Shown here: piece by piece, positions 1-12,377 of the stretch
How positions within the stretch are numbered: the stretch's first letter is position 1
Layout: the number at the start of each line of letters is the position of its first letter
DNA from: Octopus vulgaris
Lineage: Eukaryota
Direction of reading: 5' to 3'
Assembly (NCBI GenBank): GCA_951406725.2
Contig: OX597815.1
Location: 181,350,001-181,414,000 of the forward strand
Length of the DNA stretch: 64,000 bases
Position numbers and translations under genes: made by a program
The notes under the pieces: generated by a model
Database searches by the model: none
The model's input: only the letters and a program-made list of their open reading frames with translations
What the model was told of the DNA's origin: nothing

Positions 1-713
1 GGCAACTCCGGGTTATAGTGCTAGTATATATATAAGCACACACAAATGTAGGCTGCAGCGGGATTCCGCACAGTTTTTTTCTACAAAAATCCACTCGTTA
101 AATATTGTTCAGACCGAGGTCATGAGTAGAAGTCATTTTTCCCAGATTAGTATGCAGTCAGATCGAAACAAGAAGAAAAAAGAAAGAGAAAAAAGGAAAT
201 GAGAGAAAAAAAAACACAAAAACAAAACTGTAAAAGGCAGGTGCTGTGATGGCCGCATTGTTAGATTAGTCACTTCTCAACCGTGGTCGGGAAGCAACTG
301 ACAGAAACATACACCTTTGGTAGCACATCTTTGAATTGTTATTTTTCAATCAGAGCCGTCCTGAGCCGTAACAGAATATTCAGATAGCAATTTTCTCACC
401 ATTCATAAGGGAGGGAAATTTTACTGATGGATGTTATCTGCGGAAATATGTTTGGGATAATTGACATTTCTAATCGGTTAGTTGAAGGAAACACTATCTA
501 TAGAACTTGGCAGACGCCCTTATGTGCCTTGTTGGAAGTGGGATTCTTTTCATGCAAAAACAACGGATTGGAACGAACGTAAATAGAAACTCAATCACTA
601 AAAGTTCTCCAAATGTATAAAATTCTGTGCATATACACACATATATAGAAACATGTAAACACACAGTTAAGTATGTATGTATGTATGTATGTATGTATGT
701 ATGCATGCATATA

Positions 714-1103
714 GGCGCAGGCATGGCTGTGTGGTAAGAAGCTTGCGTGGTTCCGGGTTTAGTACCATTGCGTGACACCTTGGGCAACTGTTTTCTACTA
801 TAGCCTCGAGTCGACCAAGGCCTTGTGAGTAAATTTGGTAGACGGAAACTGAAAGAAGCCTGTCGTATATATATATATATATATAGTTATATTATGTATT
901 TGTGTATCTTTGTTTGCGCCCAGCCACCATCGCTTGACAACCGATGTTGGCGTGTTTACGTCCCTGTAACTTAGCGGTTCGACTAAAGAGATCGACAGAA
1001 TAAGTACTAGGCTTACAAAGAATAAGTCGTAAAGGCGATTTGCTCGACTAAAGGCGGTGCTCCAGCATAGCCGCAGTCAAATGACTGAAACAAGTAAAAG
1101 AAA
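714..1103 (+). mobile_element. tRNA-derived SINE, family A (pol III head, CORE-like segment, central microsatellite, CR1-like tail)
   Basis: A-box-like TGGCTGTGTGG, B-box-like GGTTTAGTACC, ACCTTGGGCAA segment, and tail GGCGGTGCTCCAGCATAGCCGCAGTCAAATGACTGAAACAAG. More than 8 copies are visible in the window. Confidence 0.85.
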
Positions 1104-1904
1104 TAATACATGCATACATATATATGTGTGCGTGTGTGTGTGTGTGTGTGTATGTGTGTGTGTGTGCGCGCGTGTGCATGTGTATATTTCAACTGAAGCG
1201 TACACAAATATGATTCATAATTAGAGAGCTGGAATAAATTATATTCATTCCCGGTATCTAATTACCTTCAAATTAGCAATGGCCTACGTAGTATGTTTGG
1301 TAAATATGTTAATATTTAATTATAATTAGGATATTCAGCGGACGTTCTCCCCGACGTCTTAAATATGATACAGTCTCATCTATGTTTCTCTCTAATAATA
1401 TCAGTTATATTTCAAAGGATTTCTTAAATCTTTCTTCTATTTGTAAGAGTAAATATTTCTTTATTTCCTCTTACATCGTTGCTGATGTAATGCACATCCG
1501 CCATATAACCCACATATCAGATCTGAATATTTCAGATTTTAACACATGACGTTTTGAGTTCGACATACCGCGAGGAAGATATGCATTCTATATTAAATTC
1601 ATACATACACACTCACACAAACACACATACGCATAAACTCACTCGTACATACACACAGATATCGTCGATTAGCCGTACGTATCATTCACTGCTGAAGAAG
1701 ATAAGACACGCTTGGCTTAATTACGGATTCACTGATGAGTGAATAACCATGTTTTTTCACACGTATCATCCAACACCTTGCACTTATAGCTGTGTCTTGG
1801 AAGTATTGTACAACAAGGGAGCAGGCGTGGTTATGTGGAAAGTTGTTTGTTTCCCTACCATATGGTCCCGGGTTCAGTTACACTGCATCGCACATTATGT
1901 ATAC

Positions 1905-2260
1905 CAATGTCCAGTTTTACTTCAAGATTTCTTGCCAATAGAGAAAGAACCGGTTTCTAACCTAGATCCAAGGTTCCTTCGTTGGAATTTCAACAACAGG
2001 GTATTTTTCTTTGTATGTATGTATGTATGTATGTATGTATGTATGTATGTATGTATGTATGTGCAGATTTATATGTTTTGCTTTATGTATGTATTCTCGT
2101 GCATATAGATGCATACCTAGACATGCTCATATATATTTAAATGATAAACTTCTTGAAAGTTTTACAGATTTTTACAGTTCCAGTGATGGATTGGATCTGT
2201 AGTCTTCGAATTAACTTTCTTCTCTCTGGTTTTGAGAAGCCTCATTTCTCAAGATTGGTA
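1905..2260 (-). mobile_element. 3' end of an R4/Dong-like (RLE) non-LTR retrotransposon with (TACA)n in its 3' UTR
   Basis: The minus strand reads ...RKLIRRLQIQSITGTVKICKTFKKFII*, matching the C-termini at 48300 and 49900-49970. The downstream UTR is homologous to 48345-48440, and part of the UTR is repeated at 2350-2425. Confidence 0.6.
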
Positions 2261-2278
2261 TTTTGCATGTATGTATGC

Positions 2279-2311
<33 letters not shown>

Positions 2312-2639
2312 TGTATGTATGTATGTATGTATGTATGTATGTATGTATGTCATTTTTCCGGCTTCTAAACTAGATTCAAGACCTCTTTATTGGAATTTCA
2401 GCATCAACAACAGGGTATTTTTGTTTGTATATATGTATGTGTGTCTTTGTGTTTGTGTTCTCCACACTGCCTGAATACAGGCGTTGCTATGGTACGAGAG
2501 TAGCTTAGCGGTCCGACAAAAAGCACCGATAGAATAGTTACCAGGCTATGCCCTACTAATGGTCGCAGTATAATGAATGGAACAACTATAAGATGAAAGA
2601 ACAAAAGGATAACATGTTTCTTCCTGTGTTCTCCCTTTT

Positions 2640-2856
2640 CCTCAAAAGCCCACCCAGCTGACAAAAAACGAGTAGTACCTGTATTTCAAAGGGCCAGCCT
2701 TGTCACACTCTGTGTCATGCCGAATCTCCTTGAGAACTACGTTAAGGGTACACGTGTTTGTGGAGTGCTCAGCCACTTGCACGTTAATTTCACGAGCAGG
2801 CCGTTCCGTTGATCGGATCAACTGGAACACTACTCGTCGTAACCGACGGAGTGCCA
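2640..2856 (+). mobile_element. Interspersed SINE-like repeat fragment (family B)
   Basis: GC-balanced block whose 3' part (CACGAGCAGGCCGTTCCGTTGATCGGAT) recurs in reverse at ~62570-62615. No ORF of significance. Confidence 0.55.
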
Positions 2857-3117
2857 TCTCCTCAATATGTTAAATTTTGCCTCCTCACCATTTTCTTTTT
2901 TTCAAAGTGTTCTGTCGAACTAATCCTCTTCATCTTAAACAGTCCGTAACCATTATTTCGTTTCTCATTTCATTCCGTTAGTGTTACAGAACCTCAGCTT
3001 TCCTTTCAAAAGATTCTGAAGTGTTTCTCTTCTTCCTTGGGTTGTTTTCTCTGATAAAGCTTGTGCTGGAAGCCGTTTATCAATCAATCGGACAAGGTAA
3101 CTCATTTTTAGTGATAA

Positions 3118-3511
3118 CTAGCAGTATCGCCCGGCGTTGCTCGGGTTTGTAAGGGAAATAACTATATAAGCATTTATAGAGAGTTACTTCCCTTATATAA
3201 ACCGAGCGAAAATGCATTAAAAATGCGGAAAAATTATGGTAAATGTTTTTAAAATCGTAGACTCATCGTAGACGCGAGTTACTTCCCTTATATAATAGCA
3301 GAAAAATACATTAAAAATGGGAAAAAATGATGGTAAATTTTTTTTAAAATCGTAGACTCATCGTAGACGCGCGCTAATACCCAGAAGAGCTCGATATGAA
3401 TCACGACTATAAGATACCCGCTTTTGGTTAAACTGCACCGCAAAATGTGGGAGTAGTTAGGAATCTAAATCGGAGGAGACAGACACACAACTTCACTTTT
3501 ATATATAAAGA
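3118..3511 (-). mobile_element. Non-autonomous Helitron
   Basis: On the minus strand it begins TC (TCTTTATATATAAAAG...) and ends with hairpin CCCGAGCAACGCCGGG followed by CTAG. It is inserted between A and T with no TSD, and carries an internal ~95-bp tandem duplication (3181-3370). Confidence 0.85.
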
Positions 3512-3938
3512 TTATTTCAATGCTGGTTGTTTTACAGTTGATAGTAATAAAATTCAGCATGTCATGTTACGCTGCTTTAATGACTTGTTTACTTCATATA
3601 AGTTCATGTCAGACTGGATAAATATTTGCTGTGAATTTTTAATGACACTCAATTCGAAGTTCACATTCGTCTGATAGTTATTACTGGGTTTTCCAGAATT
3701 TTAGATTTTAAGTTACTAAGAATAGTTCTCGGTCGAAAGATCGCAAAAGTATATTCCTGTGCAGGTATTTCTCGAATATAAAAATCTATTTGAGGTTATT
3801 ATTTGGGCTGATGGTTCGTATGTCAGGAAAGAATGACTGCCATAGCCGTCTTCTGATAGAATTATCTCTCTTCTGTAGTAGAAAAAATCATATTTGACAA
3901 CATTCATTAACACAATGAGACATATCTATCTATCTATC

Positions 3939-3991
<53 letters not shown>

Positions 3992-5708
3992 GGAGAAGCA
4001 AGCCCATGCCGTCCACCAGCGCCTCCGTCGTGGGACGCTGGACCGACGGCCCGGTTGAGTTGATCGGGGTCTGGTTTGGTCCGGACCTCCAAGTGGAGAA
4101 GAACTGGAACGAGATAACGAGTAGGGTGGTCACTCTCGCCCGGCAATGGGCCGAGAGGAAACTGTCCCTAAAAGGTCGGGCGGAGGTGGCGAACACGTAC
4201 ATCGCGTCCGTCATCTACTACCGCCTGACCGTCGTGCCTTGTCCCGACCCTACCATCACCAAACTACAACGCATTCTCTTTCGCTTCTTGTGGAAAGGAT
4301 GCGTCCCGATGGTCAGGCGATCCATTTGCTTTCAACACCCGTTAAAAGGAGGACTGGGCATGCCGTGGTTGATGATGCGCAGACACGCGCTGAGACTGCG
4401 ACATCTCAGGCTCTTCGTAGACGACGGTGAACAGGTGTGGTCGCCGTTTGTGAGGCACGCTTTCCCGCAGCTCGTCTCCATGACCGAACTGCGTGGATCA
4501 AAAAGAGGCCGAGGAAGGGCGAATGGCACCGCGAGTGTCGCGTTGCTCTCAAGCAACTCTGCCGTCCTGGGTCGACCTTGAGTGACTTCAACACAACCAA
4601 AGCATTCTATAGGGGATTAGTGGAGGGGAGGTACGACGACGAGCTCGGGGCGAACCTGGACGTCGACGAGGAGTACCTGACCCGCCTGTTCAGGACGACT
4701 TTCGGGCCATGACCCATGGACAACTTCCAGAGATCCCTGGCCTTGCAGTGCTACCGAGAAGCGCTACCCGTTCGGGATAAGTTCTACAGACACGGCTCGA
4801 GAAACACGGGGCCGACCTGCCCGAAATGCGGTCAGAGCGACGAAACCGTTCTGCACGCACTCGTGCAGTGTCCAACAATTTCCGACCTGTGGGCTTATGT
4901 CGAACAACTGCTGTCACGTGTGGGACGAGTCGGTTTATCAGCTGAGTCTATCGTCAATATTGTCACGCCTCCTTCTTTCAAACGGGAAGGAAGAGCTATT
5001 TTCATCATCCTTGTGGCTATGGCGAAAGAATGTATCTGGTGGACGCGTCTGAAAGGATTGGAGACAAACACTTTCCTCTCTGGTCAATCTCTCATCAACT
5101 TCTTCAAGTACCACTTGAAAAGGAAAGTGAGAGTAGAGAGGCAAGTTTTGTCTAGCGAATGTTTTAAAAAAAGATGGGTGAATGTAGCAAGGATGGCACG
5201 TATGAATGACGAAGCCACCTTGAGCATAATCCTATGAACCCAGAAATTGAAAACAGAGGGTTACCCACTTGCAAACAAATGTGGTAACATACAACAATAT
5301 TGACCAAGGTTACCGTGGTCTTTTTCGTAGGCTTTTCTTCCCACGGATAAACCTTACTTGCTTTCCCCTTTACACCATATATCATAACACTGTGATACAC
5401 GATCCCTATTGATCGTTTTTTTTCCTCTTACCCTTTTTTCCCCTTTTTTCTTCTTTTTTCATTTCTCTTTTCTTTTGTTCCTTTTCATTTTCTTTTTTTT
5501 CTTTTTATTCTTTTTCTTTTTTATTTTATTTATTTATTTTTTTTGTTCTTTTCTTCCCTTTTACGATCACTCTTGATCGAAAACCTATGCCACGCCCCTT
5601 TTTTTCCTTTTGTTTTTTGTTTTTTGTTTTTTTCATCCCCCAAAAGAAAAGCTCTACCTTATAACTTGTCCCATCTGTGTGCAGCCCTGTGTGGCCAATA
5701 AAGAAACT
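3992..5708 (+). mobile_element. 5'-truncated Tx1/L1-clade LINE (C-terminal ORF2 remnant plus 3' UTR) embedded in (TATC)n
   Basis: ORFs 4006-4581, 4437-4712 and 4716-5237 form a frameshifted ORF2 C-terminus with LSLKGRAEVAN, KGGLG and the zinc knuckle CPKC-x8-H-x4-C. T-rich 3' UTR ends in AATAAA. (TATC)n lies on both flanks. Confidence 0.85.
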
Positions 5709-5740
5709 TATCTATCTATCTAAATATCTATCTATCTATC

Positions 5741-5795
<55 letters not shown>

Positions 5796-5797
5796 AA

Positions 5798-5844
<47 letters not shown>

Positions 5845-6312
5845 TTATCAAATGTCCATATGTTTCATTCGTGTTTTATAATTCACTCTGCGTGTCTACC
5901 CCGTTAGTGGTCTTGATAAAAAAAAATTTTAAATACGAAAGTAAGTTCTTTAGCGTTGAACCATCTTACCTCTACCAATAAAAAATAAAGCAAATTATGT
6001 GAAGAAAAAGTTGGTATTTCGACGAAAAAAATACCACTTCTGCTAAATATAGATTATCTGAAGATAAACTTTATGGAAGACAGATGACTTTAATCAGAAG
6101 AATGTGGTGGTGAGCATAATATTATATATCACTCACCGTACATCTTATGTGGCAGACGATACGATTGGCAGACGATACGATTATGATAGTTTTTAGTAGT
6201 ACAAACGGGAGAAACTGAATGTAATACAGAATGTAGAGCAGAAATATTTCTTTAACTTTTAGCTGTAAAGGTTCATAAGTAATTCAAACACATATGATAT
6301 GATATTATGATA

Positions 6313-6412
<100 letters not shown>

Positions 6413-6634
6413 GTAGGTAGGTAGGTAGATAGATAGATAGATAGATATACTCACACACATTCTCAAGTGTGTGTTTTAATTTTTAAACTTTTAAACGGGA
6501 AACAATTATTCGTTACATATTGTAAAGTCTATTCGTATCCCGTCGTGAAAACGAACTTCCCGTTTCCATTTTGCATAATCGTTATAAATAACGGAAACAG
6601 GAAAGAATGAGTAGAGACAGTAGCAAACACTACC

Positions 6635-6734
6635 NNNNNNNNNNNNNNNNNNNNNNNNNNNNNNNNNNNNNNNNNNNNNNNNNNNNNNNNNNNNNNNNNN
6701 NNNNNNNNNNNNNNNNNNNNNNNNNNNNNNNNNN
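6635..6734. other. Assembly gap (100 N)
   Basis: Run of N characters. Confidence 1.
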
Positions 6735-7037
6735 AAACATGCATGCATATAAACATACATACATACACGCACACAAACACACACGTGTGTGTGTGTGTGT
6801 ATATAAATTTTAAAAAATACAAAACTAAGTTATTTAGCGTTGAACCATTTTACCTCTACTATTAAAAAATAGAGCAAATTATGTGAACAATATATATAAG
6901 GATAGATAGAGATACATTTTTGCTATATCCGGAACAACTTTAATTTTATTCATGTTTCATCAAATACACGACTATGTTCAAGTCTAAAGTTCTCTTATTT
7001 AATACGCCCTTTCCTTTCCTAATCTATTTCACTCAAA

Positions 7038-7440
7038 GGCGACGAGCTGGCAGAAACGTTAGCACGCCGGGCAAAATACTTAGCGGTATTTCGTCTGCCG
7101 CTACGTTCTGAGTTCAAATTCCACCGAGGTCGACTTTGCCTTTCATCCTTTCGGGGTCGATTAAATAAGTACCACTTACGCACTGGGGTCGATGTAATCG
7201 ACTTAATCCGTTTGTATGCCCTTGTTTGTCCTCTCTGTGTTTAGCCCCTTGTGGGTAGTAAAAAAATAAAAATTTCGTCTGTTTTACGTTCTGAGTTCAA
7301 ATTCCGCCGAGGTTGACTTTGCCTTTCATCCTTTCGGGATCGATAAATTAAGTACCAGTTGCGTACAGGTGTCGATCTAATCGACTGGCCCCCTCGCCCA
7401 AAATTTCGGGTCTTGTGCCTCGAGTAGAAAAGAATATTAT
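7038..7440 (+). mobile_element. Dimeric tRNA-derived SINE, family C (first unit Tx1-like tail, second unit alternative tail D)
   Basis: Head GGCGACGAGCTGGCAGAAACGTTAG, B-box GAGTTCAAATTCC, and body GCCTTTCATCCTTTCGGGGTCGAT occurring twice with two different tails. Confidence 0.85.
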
Positions 7441-7959
7441 TAGGAAAGGTATTAAAAAATTTTAATATTTTGGGCATTGTAGAAATGCGAGCAATTTATT
7501 GCAGATAAATTTTAACAACATCTTATATGGAACCCGGTTGAGAACTAATGCTATAAACCATGCTATAAAAGATACAGAAATAATTTATTCTCAAACGCAT
7601 GATAAATGCTAATAACATAGCATGAACAGGATAAATTATACATATATTGCTGAAAAATTCGATACCAACCAGCCATGAGACTCGAACCCACATTCCTGCG
7701 ATTATGCGGCAAGTGCTTTACCAATACGCTAAACTGCCCAGTAGCGATTTGTTCTGCAATTTTAGGATTTACATATCTAGCTTTATAAGACGCTAACGTT
7801 AAATTCAGCACATGATGAAAGGTTTTGGTTTAGAAGCATTGAGATGTATTGAAACTTTTAAGCACTTGAACTTGAAATTTTTGCTGTGGCATTGGCCTCT
7901 TCCCCGCTTTATACGAAACAGTGAACTACCAGATATAAGAATTTAGAGTCGCATGGCTC

Positions 7960-8890
7960 AGAATGTTCACGGACAGTTTTGTCCGTCTCTTTGCTTTCGT
8001 TTCATCAAATAAATGCATAAAGGCGCATGTCATTAAGGTTAACTCCGCTTATGTAGTGACTGTACTGCTCGACAATTTCTAGCTTTTGTTCATCTCGGCC
8101 TGATATGGAAATATCCGTTTAACTTGCAGATGACAACAAGATCACGTTTCTTATCTTTCTACCCAAAAGATGCTGCATCATCGACCCTTCTGGGGCAGCT
8201 TTCGTTTGGCATTCTCTGGTAGTAACTTTCTCTTTGCTCAACATGTTCCAAGAGCGAGAGTATTTTGACTACATTTTACCAGATAAGCTGGAGAGATGTA
8301 TATATTGTCAATAGAGAGGTATTAACCTTTCCATAAATTTGAAGACAGAAGTTTCATGATAATATTTTGTATCATTCCCTATTGTCTTCCTCCCTGTTAT
8401 ACTCTACCCCTGTACACGATAGTATTATACGTTTAACCTGAACTTGATTTGCAGAACAGGAACAGTTTCGCACCAGATTTATGGTGATGCTTGTCCGGTA
8501 TTTAGTGCCTACCTGAATATCTTCCCTGGAACTCTAATAAGTTTTCCTCATGGTGTACAACATTTGATTTGGTTTACCGTTGTGATTCCATAACCTCTGA
8601 GAATTCATTAACACCAATCAATTTCCTCAGTCTCACAAAATTCATTAACCCCCATCAATTTCCTACACGGGAACATCAATAAAAATAGTATAAATGTGTC
8701 ATGTTTGAAAACTGAACTAAAAAATTTGGCGTATTCTGTGAAGGTTTTCCTTTGTCCCAGTAAACACTCAATCATCCGTTTTGGACTAGTCCCGTCTTAA
8801 TGAACCATCCCAGGAATATAATATTACTCCCATATTCATCGGCCCCACTTCTCCAGGTTCCAAACGGAAGTCTCTTCTGAGAAGTGCATG
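7960..8890 (-). pseudogene. Degraded piggyBac-like (DDD) transposase
   Basis: Manual minus-strand translation with stops and frameshifts gives ENLLEFQGR..IPDKHHHKSGAKLFLFCKSSSG*TYNTIVYRG, YLSIDNIY, LALGT and IVEQYSHYISGVNLND, in the order of piggyBac catalytic-domain motifs. Confidence 0.7.
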
Positions 8891-9534
8891 TTTCTGTACT
8901 TCGATTTTGCTATAATTGTTGGCCACCTCTATAGTTACCTGGATGAGGTCTAGAATAAATGAAACTAAGAAGAAATTTTACTGCTTCCAAATCAGAGTTC
9001 AAATTGATGTTATTTGTTATTTTGCTCAAAAAATTGGAAGCTATGCGTTGGGGCCATATCTGACTGAAGGTCGTTTACAGTAAGCCAATGTGTTACGTTA
9101 GGTTGTGGGTCTTTATCATGCTGCAAGCCTGAAAATATAGAATCATTTGAGTCTGAATATTTGTAATTCGAGGAGCACAGTTTCATCACATTCTCCGGAA
9201 CTAATAAAGTAAACTGACAAAATAAATAAATAACTAAATAATAAAAAGAAAATTGAAAGACTATGTGTGTATGTATGTACATATATATGTCCATTGGAAA
9301 TTACTTTCGACAGTTGTATGATCACGATCTGAGAGCAGATAATGATATTCACTCGTAGTATATACGATAAAGTGAAACGAAGTCCTGTGGCATGTTTGAT
9401 ATGAACACTAAGGATATTTTGTCAATATTCATGGTAAAATAAGCATTCAGTTTTACATTCTAATGATGTTTCTTTCTTTACAGATTACTTTATTCCACAG
9501 TGGTAAAATTCGTATCGATCAACTCTTTGAAAAT

Positions 9535-9835
9535 GAAATCTAGGTCGGATTCTTATCAAGCACAACAGGCTGTATGGATTTAATAAGAGCTCTTCAGCAA
9601 CGGAAGTAGAAAGAAATATTCGTTCTGCCTATGGAAATGATACTTTAAGTGTCCGGAAATAACAACACTAACGTGGCCAGTTTCGCCCGGGAAATTTTTT
9701 CTCTCGCAGATTCCTGTCGATCTGGAAGACCAAATTCTCTCAATATCGAGCTTCTGAAAACCAAAGCTGAGGAAAACCCAAAGCAGACTGCACGAGAATT
9801 AGCAAAGCAGCTGAAATTAAATCCCACTTCGAGCA
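9535..9835 (+). pseudogene. Mariner transposase N-terminal (HTH) remnant
   Basis: SATEVERNIRSAYGND..F..GNFSLADSCRSGRP..EENPKQTARELAKQL, with stops. Confidence 0.75.
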
Positions 9836-10092
9836 TAAAATATTCCTGAAATTCGAAATCTTAATAGGAAATAAAAGGACCATTATCTCCCCCAAGATTA
9901 CGACCACGATAATGATCGTTGATCGATTGATTTTTCGATATATATTCTTGAAATTATTTCTCTTATAATTATAAGAAACGACCCCAAAACGTTTTATGTT
10001 AATTCAAAATAAGAATTGAAATTGAATCGGCAGTTTCCCTCTTACAGAACAGAATGGAATATATATTCAAGCGCACGCTCGCATACTCACAC

Positions 10093-10156
<64 letters not shown>

Positions 10157-10699
10157 CATAGACGCGTGTGCACACACGCATACATATATATATATATACA
10201 CTCATATGAGTATGTATGCATGTATGTCTGTACAGAAATTGAACAAAATAACGTAGCACCTTGTTAAACGGATGTTTAATTAAGGACAAAATGTTTCGAA
10301 TGGTACAACAATGCACTATAATATAAACAACGGACTATAATAACTCTTGTAATTTAGTCATCCATAATCTGATGATATTTCGGAATAAAAATTCCTTCTT
10401 CAGCTATCCCTAGGAATTGATGGAGTCGCTGCTATAATTAGTTTTCCAACGGCTTTTCTTTGTTTTTTCGGAAGCGTCTCAGCACTGGTCTCATGAAGCT
10501 CCTTCCGGATTCCTCATGAGAAGTGCATGAGGTCGGCCATGTCTCGATCTCGCTTGTGCTCGCACATCCGTAGCGCTGCTTCTAAGTTATGTGTTATACG
10601 TGCAGCTTCCTTTATTCCCCTTCTCCTTTTTACTCTTTTTTTTTTGTTTATAAACAATAAAAGAGCATGTTATCAAAAATGAACCTACATACATCCAGA

Positions 10700-11060
10700 T
10701 GTAGCTAAATGATACATTGATTGCCAACCTCCAGCCTGTTGTTAATTCGGGGCCCTAGTCTGTCAATGAGTATAGCTTCCTTAATTCTTAAATTACCCAA
10801 ATTTCTTTCATTGGTCTTAGTTGTGACTATTATGCTTTTGTCGGTGTTCCGGCATCTGTCTAGATATTTTCTGAAGGAGGAGGCTCTCGTGTTCAGATGT
10901 TCTTTGATGCGGACGTGTAACAGTCTTGTTGTGCTACCCACATAGAACTTGTTGCATTTGTTACATTGTATTCTATACACAACATTTACCCGTTGGCATA
11001 AATCTGTGTCATAGATGGGACAGTTTGTCATAGATGAGACAGTTTGATGCCAAGCAACAT
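10700..11060 (-). mobile_element. Penelope-like element GIY-YIG endonuclease remnant
   Basis: ORF 10705-11130 contains VVYRIQCNKCNKFYVGSTTRLLHVRIKEH...IKEAILIDRLGPRIN. Confidence 0.85.
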
Positions 11061-11669
11061 CAAAACAACTTGATCGCGATCGATCGAAGTAGAAACTCTG
11101 CATGGTCATACGACCGACTAGAAAAAACAACCAAATGTTTCTCTGTGAGTATCTTACCGTTTTAATCTATGAGACACACTGGGTAATGTAGTCTCTGTTA
11201 CACACACATTTAGGATAGTCAGAAATGGAACGCTTCTGATCATGAATTCGATTTCAACTCTTCTATATCAATAAAGTTGATTTCTTTTGACAATGCACTT
11301 GGTCACTTTTTGTAGGAAAAGCTTACAGTCTTTGGAATCAAACGTAACATGGCAAATACTCAACCTTCCATATTCATTGTAATATATAATATATTTGTTT
11401 ATTAAACTTACCAATAATCGAAGTCAAAGAGGAATTTGGTCGAGACCTGGTTATTCTATTAACAATTTGGCAATCGAAGTGGAAACACTAGAGTTAATTG
11501 AAATTTATAGATTTAGAAACAAAAAAATCCAAAAGTTAGTTTCCAATATTCTTATCTACTTTATGAAAACTTCTTAATTCTTAAGTTTTTGAGAAGAGTT
11601 AAATATTTTGAATATAAAGTTGTGTTCTTTTCACTTGGAGACATTTTAATAGTGTAACATATTGTCTCT

Positions 11670-11880
11670 TAGCTTTTACTTGTTTCGATCATTAGACTGT
11701 GGCCATGCTGGGGCACGGCCTTGAAGAAATTTTAGTCAAATGAATCAGCCCCAGTACTTGTTTCTTTTTAAAGCTTGGTACTTATTCGATCGGTCCCTTT
11801 TGTCGAACCGCTAAGTTACGGAATCGTAGGCACACCAGCACCGGTTGTCAAGCTTTGGGGGTAGGGAAGAGACACGCATA
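11670..11880 (-). mobile_element. SINE family A, 3' half
   Basis: Reverse complement of the family-A body and tail. Confidence 0.75.
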
Positions 11881-11959
11881 CACAATCACACACATATAAA
11901 AACACACGCACATACAAATAAAACATATATATATATATATGTGTGTGTGTGTGTATGTA

Positions 11960-12023
<64 letters not shown>

Positions 12024-12050
12024 TGTATGTATGTATATATATATATATAT

Positions 12051-12139
<89 letters not shown>

Positions 12140-12218
12140 TACATACACACACACATATATATATATATATGTTTTATTTGTATGTGCATGTGTTTTTATA
12201 TGTGTGTGATTGTATGTG
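11877..12218. repeat. Large inverted repeat made of compound microsatellites plus a ~50-bp unique arm
   Basis: CATACACAATCACACACATATAAAAACAC... is mirrored by ...GTGTTTTTATATGTGTGTGATTGTATG, centred on (TA)n near 12043. Confidence 0.85.
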
Positions 12219-12377
12219 TGTGATATATATATATATATATAAATTAGAAAAAAAACACCTTCTATCAATTCAATAATGAAAAATTAAATTATACCATCTT
12301 TAAGTTTGGAATAATATTCTCCAATATTTTAAAAGAAACTCACAGTTACAACAAATGCTCATTTTCTTTGATTTTTT

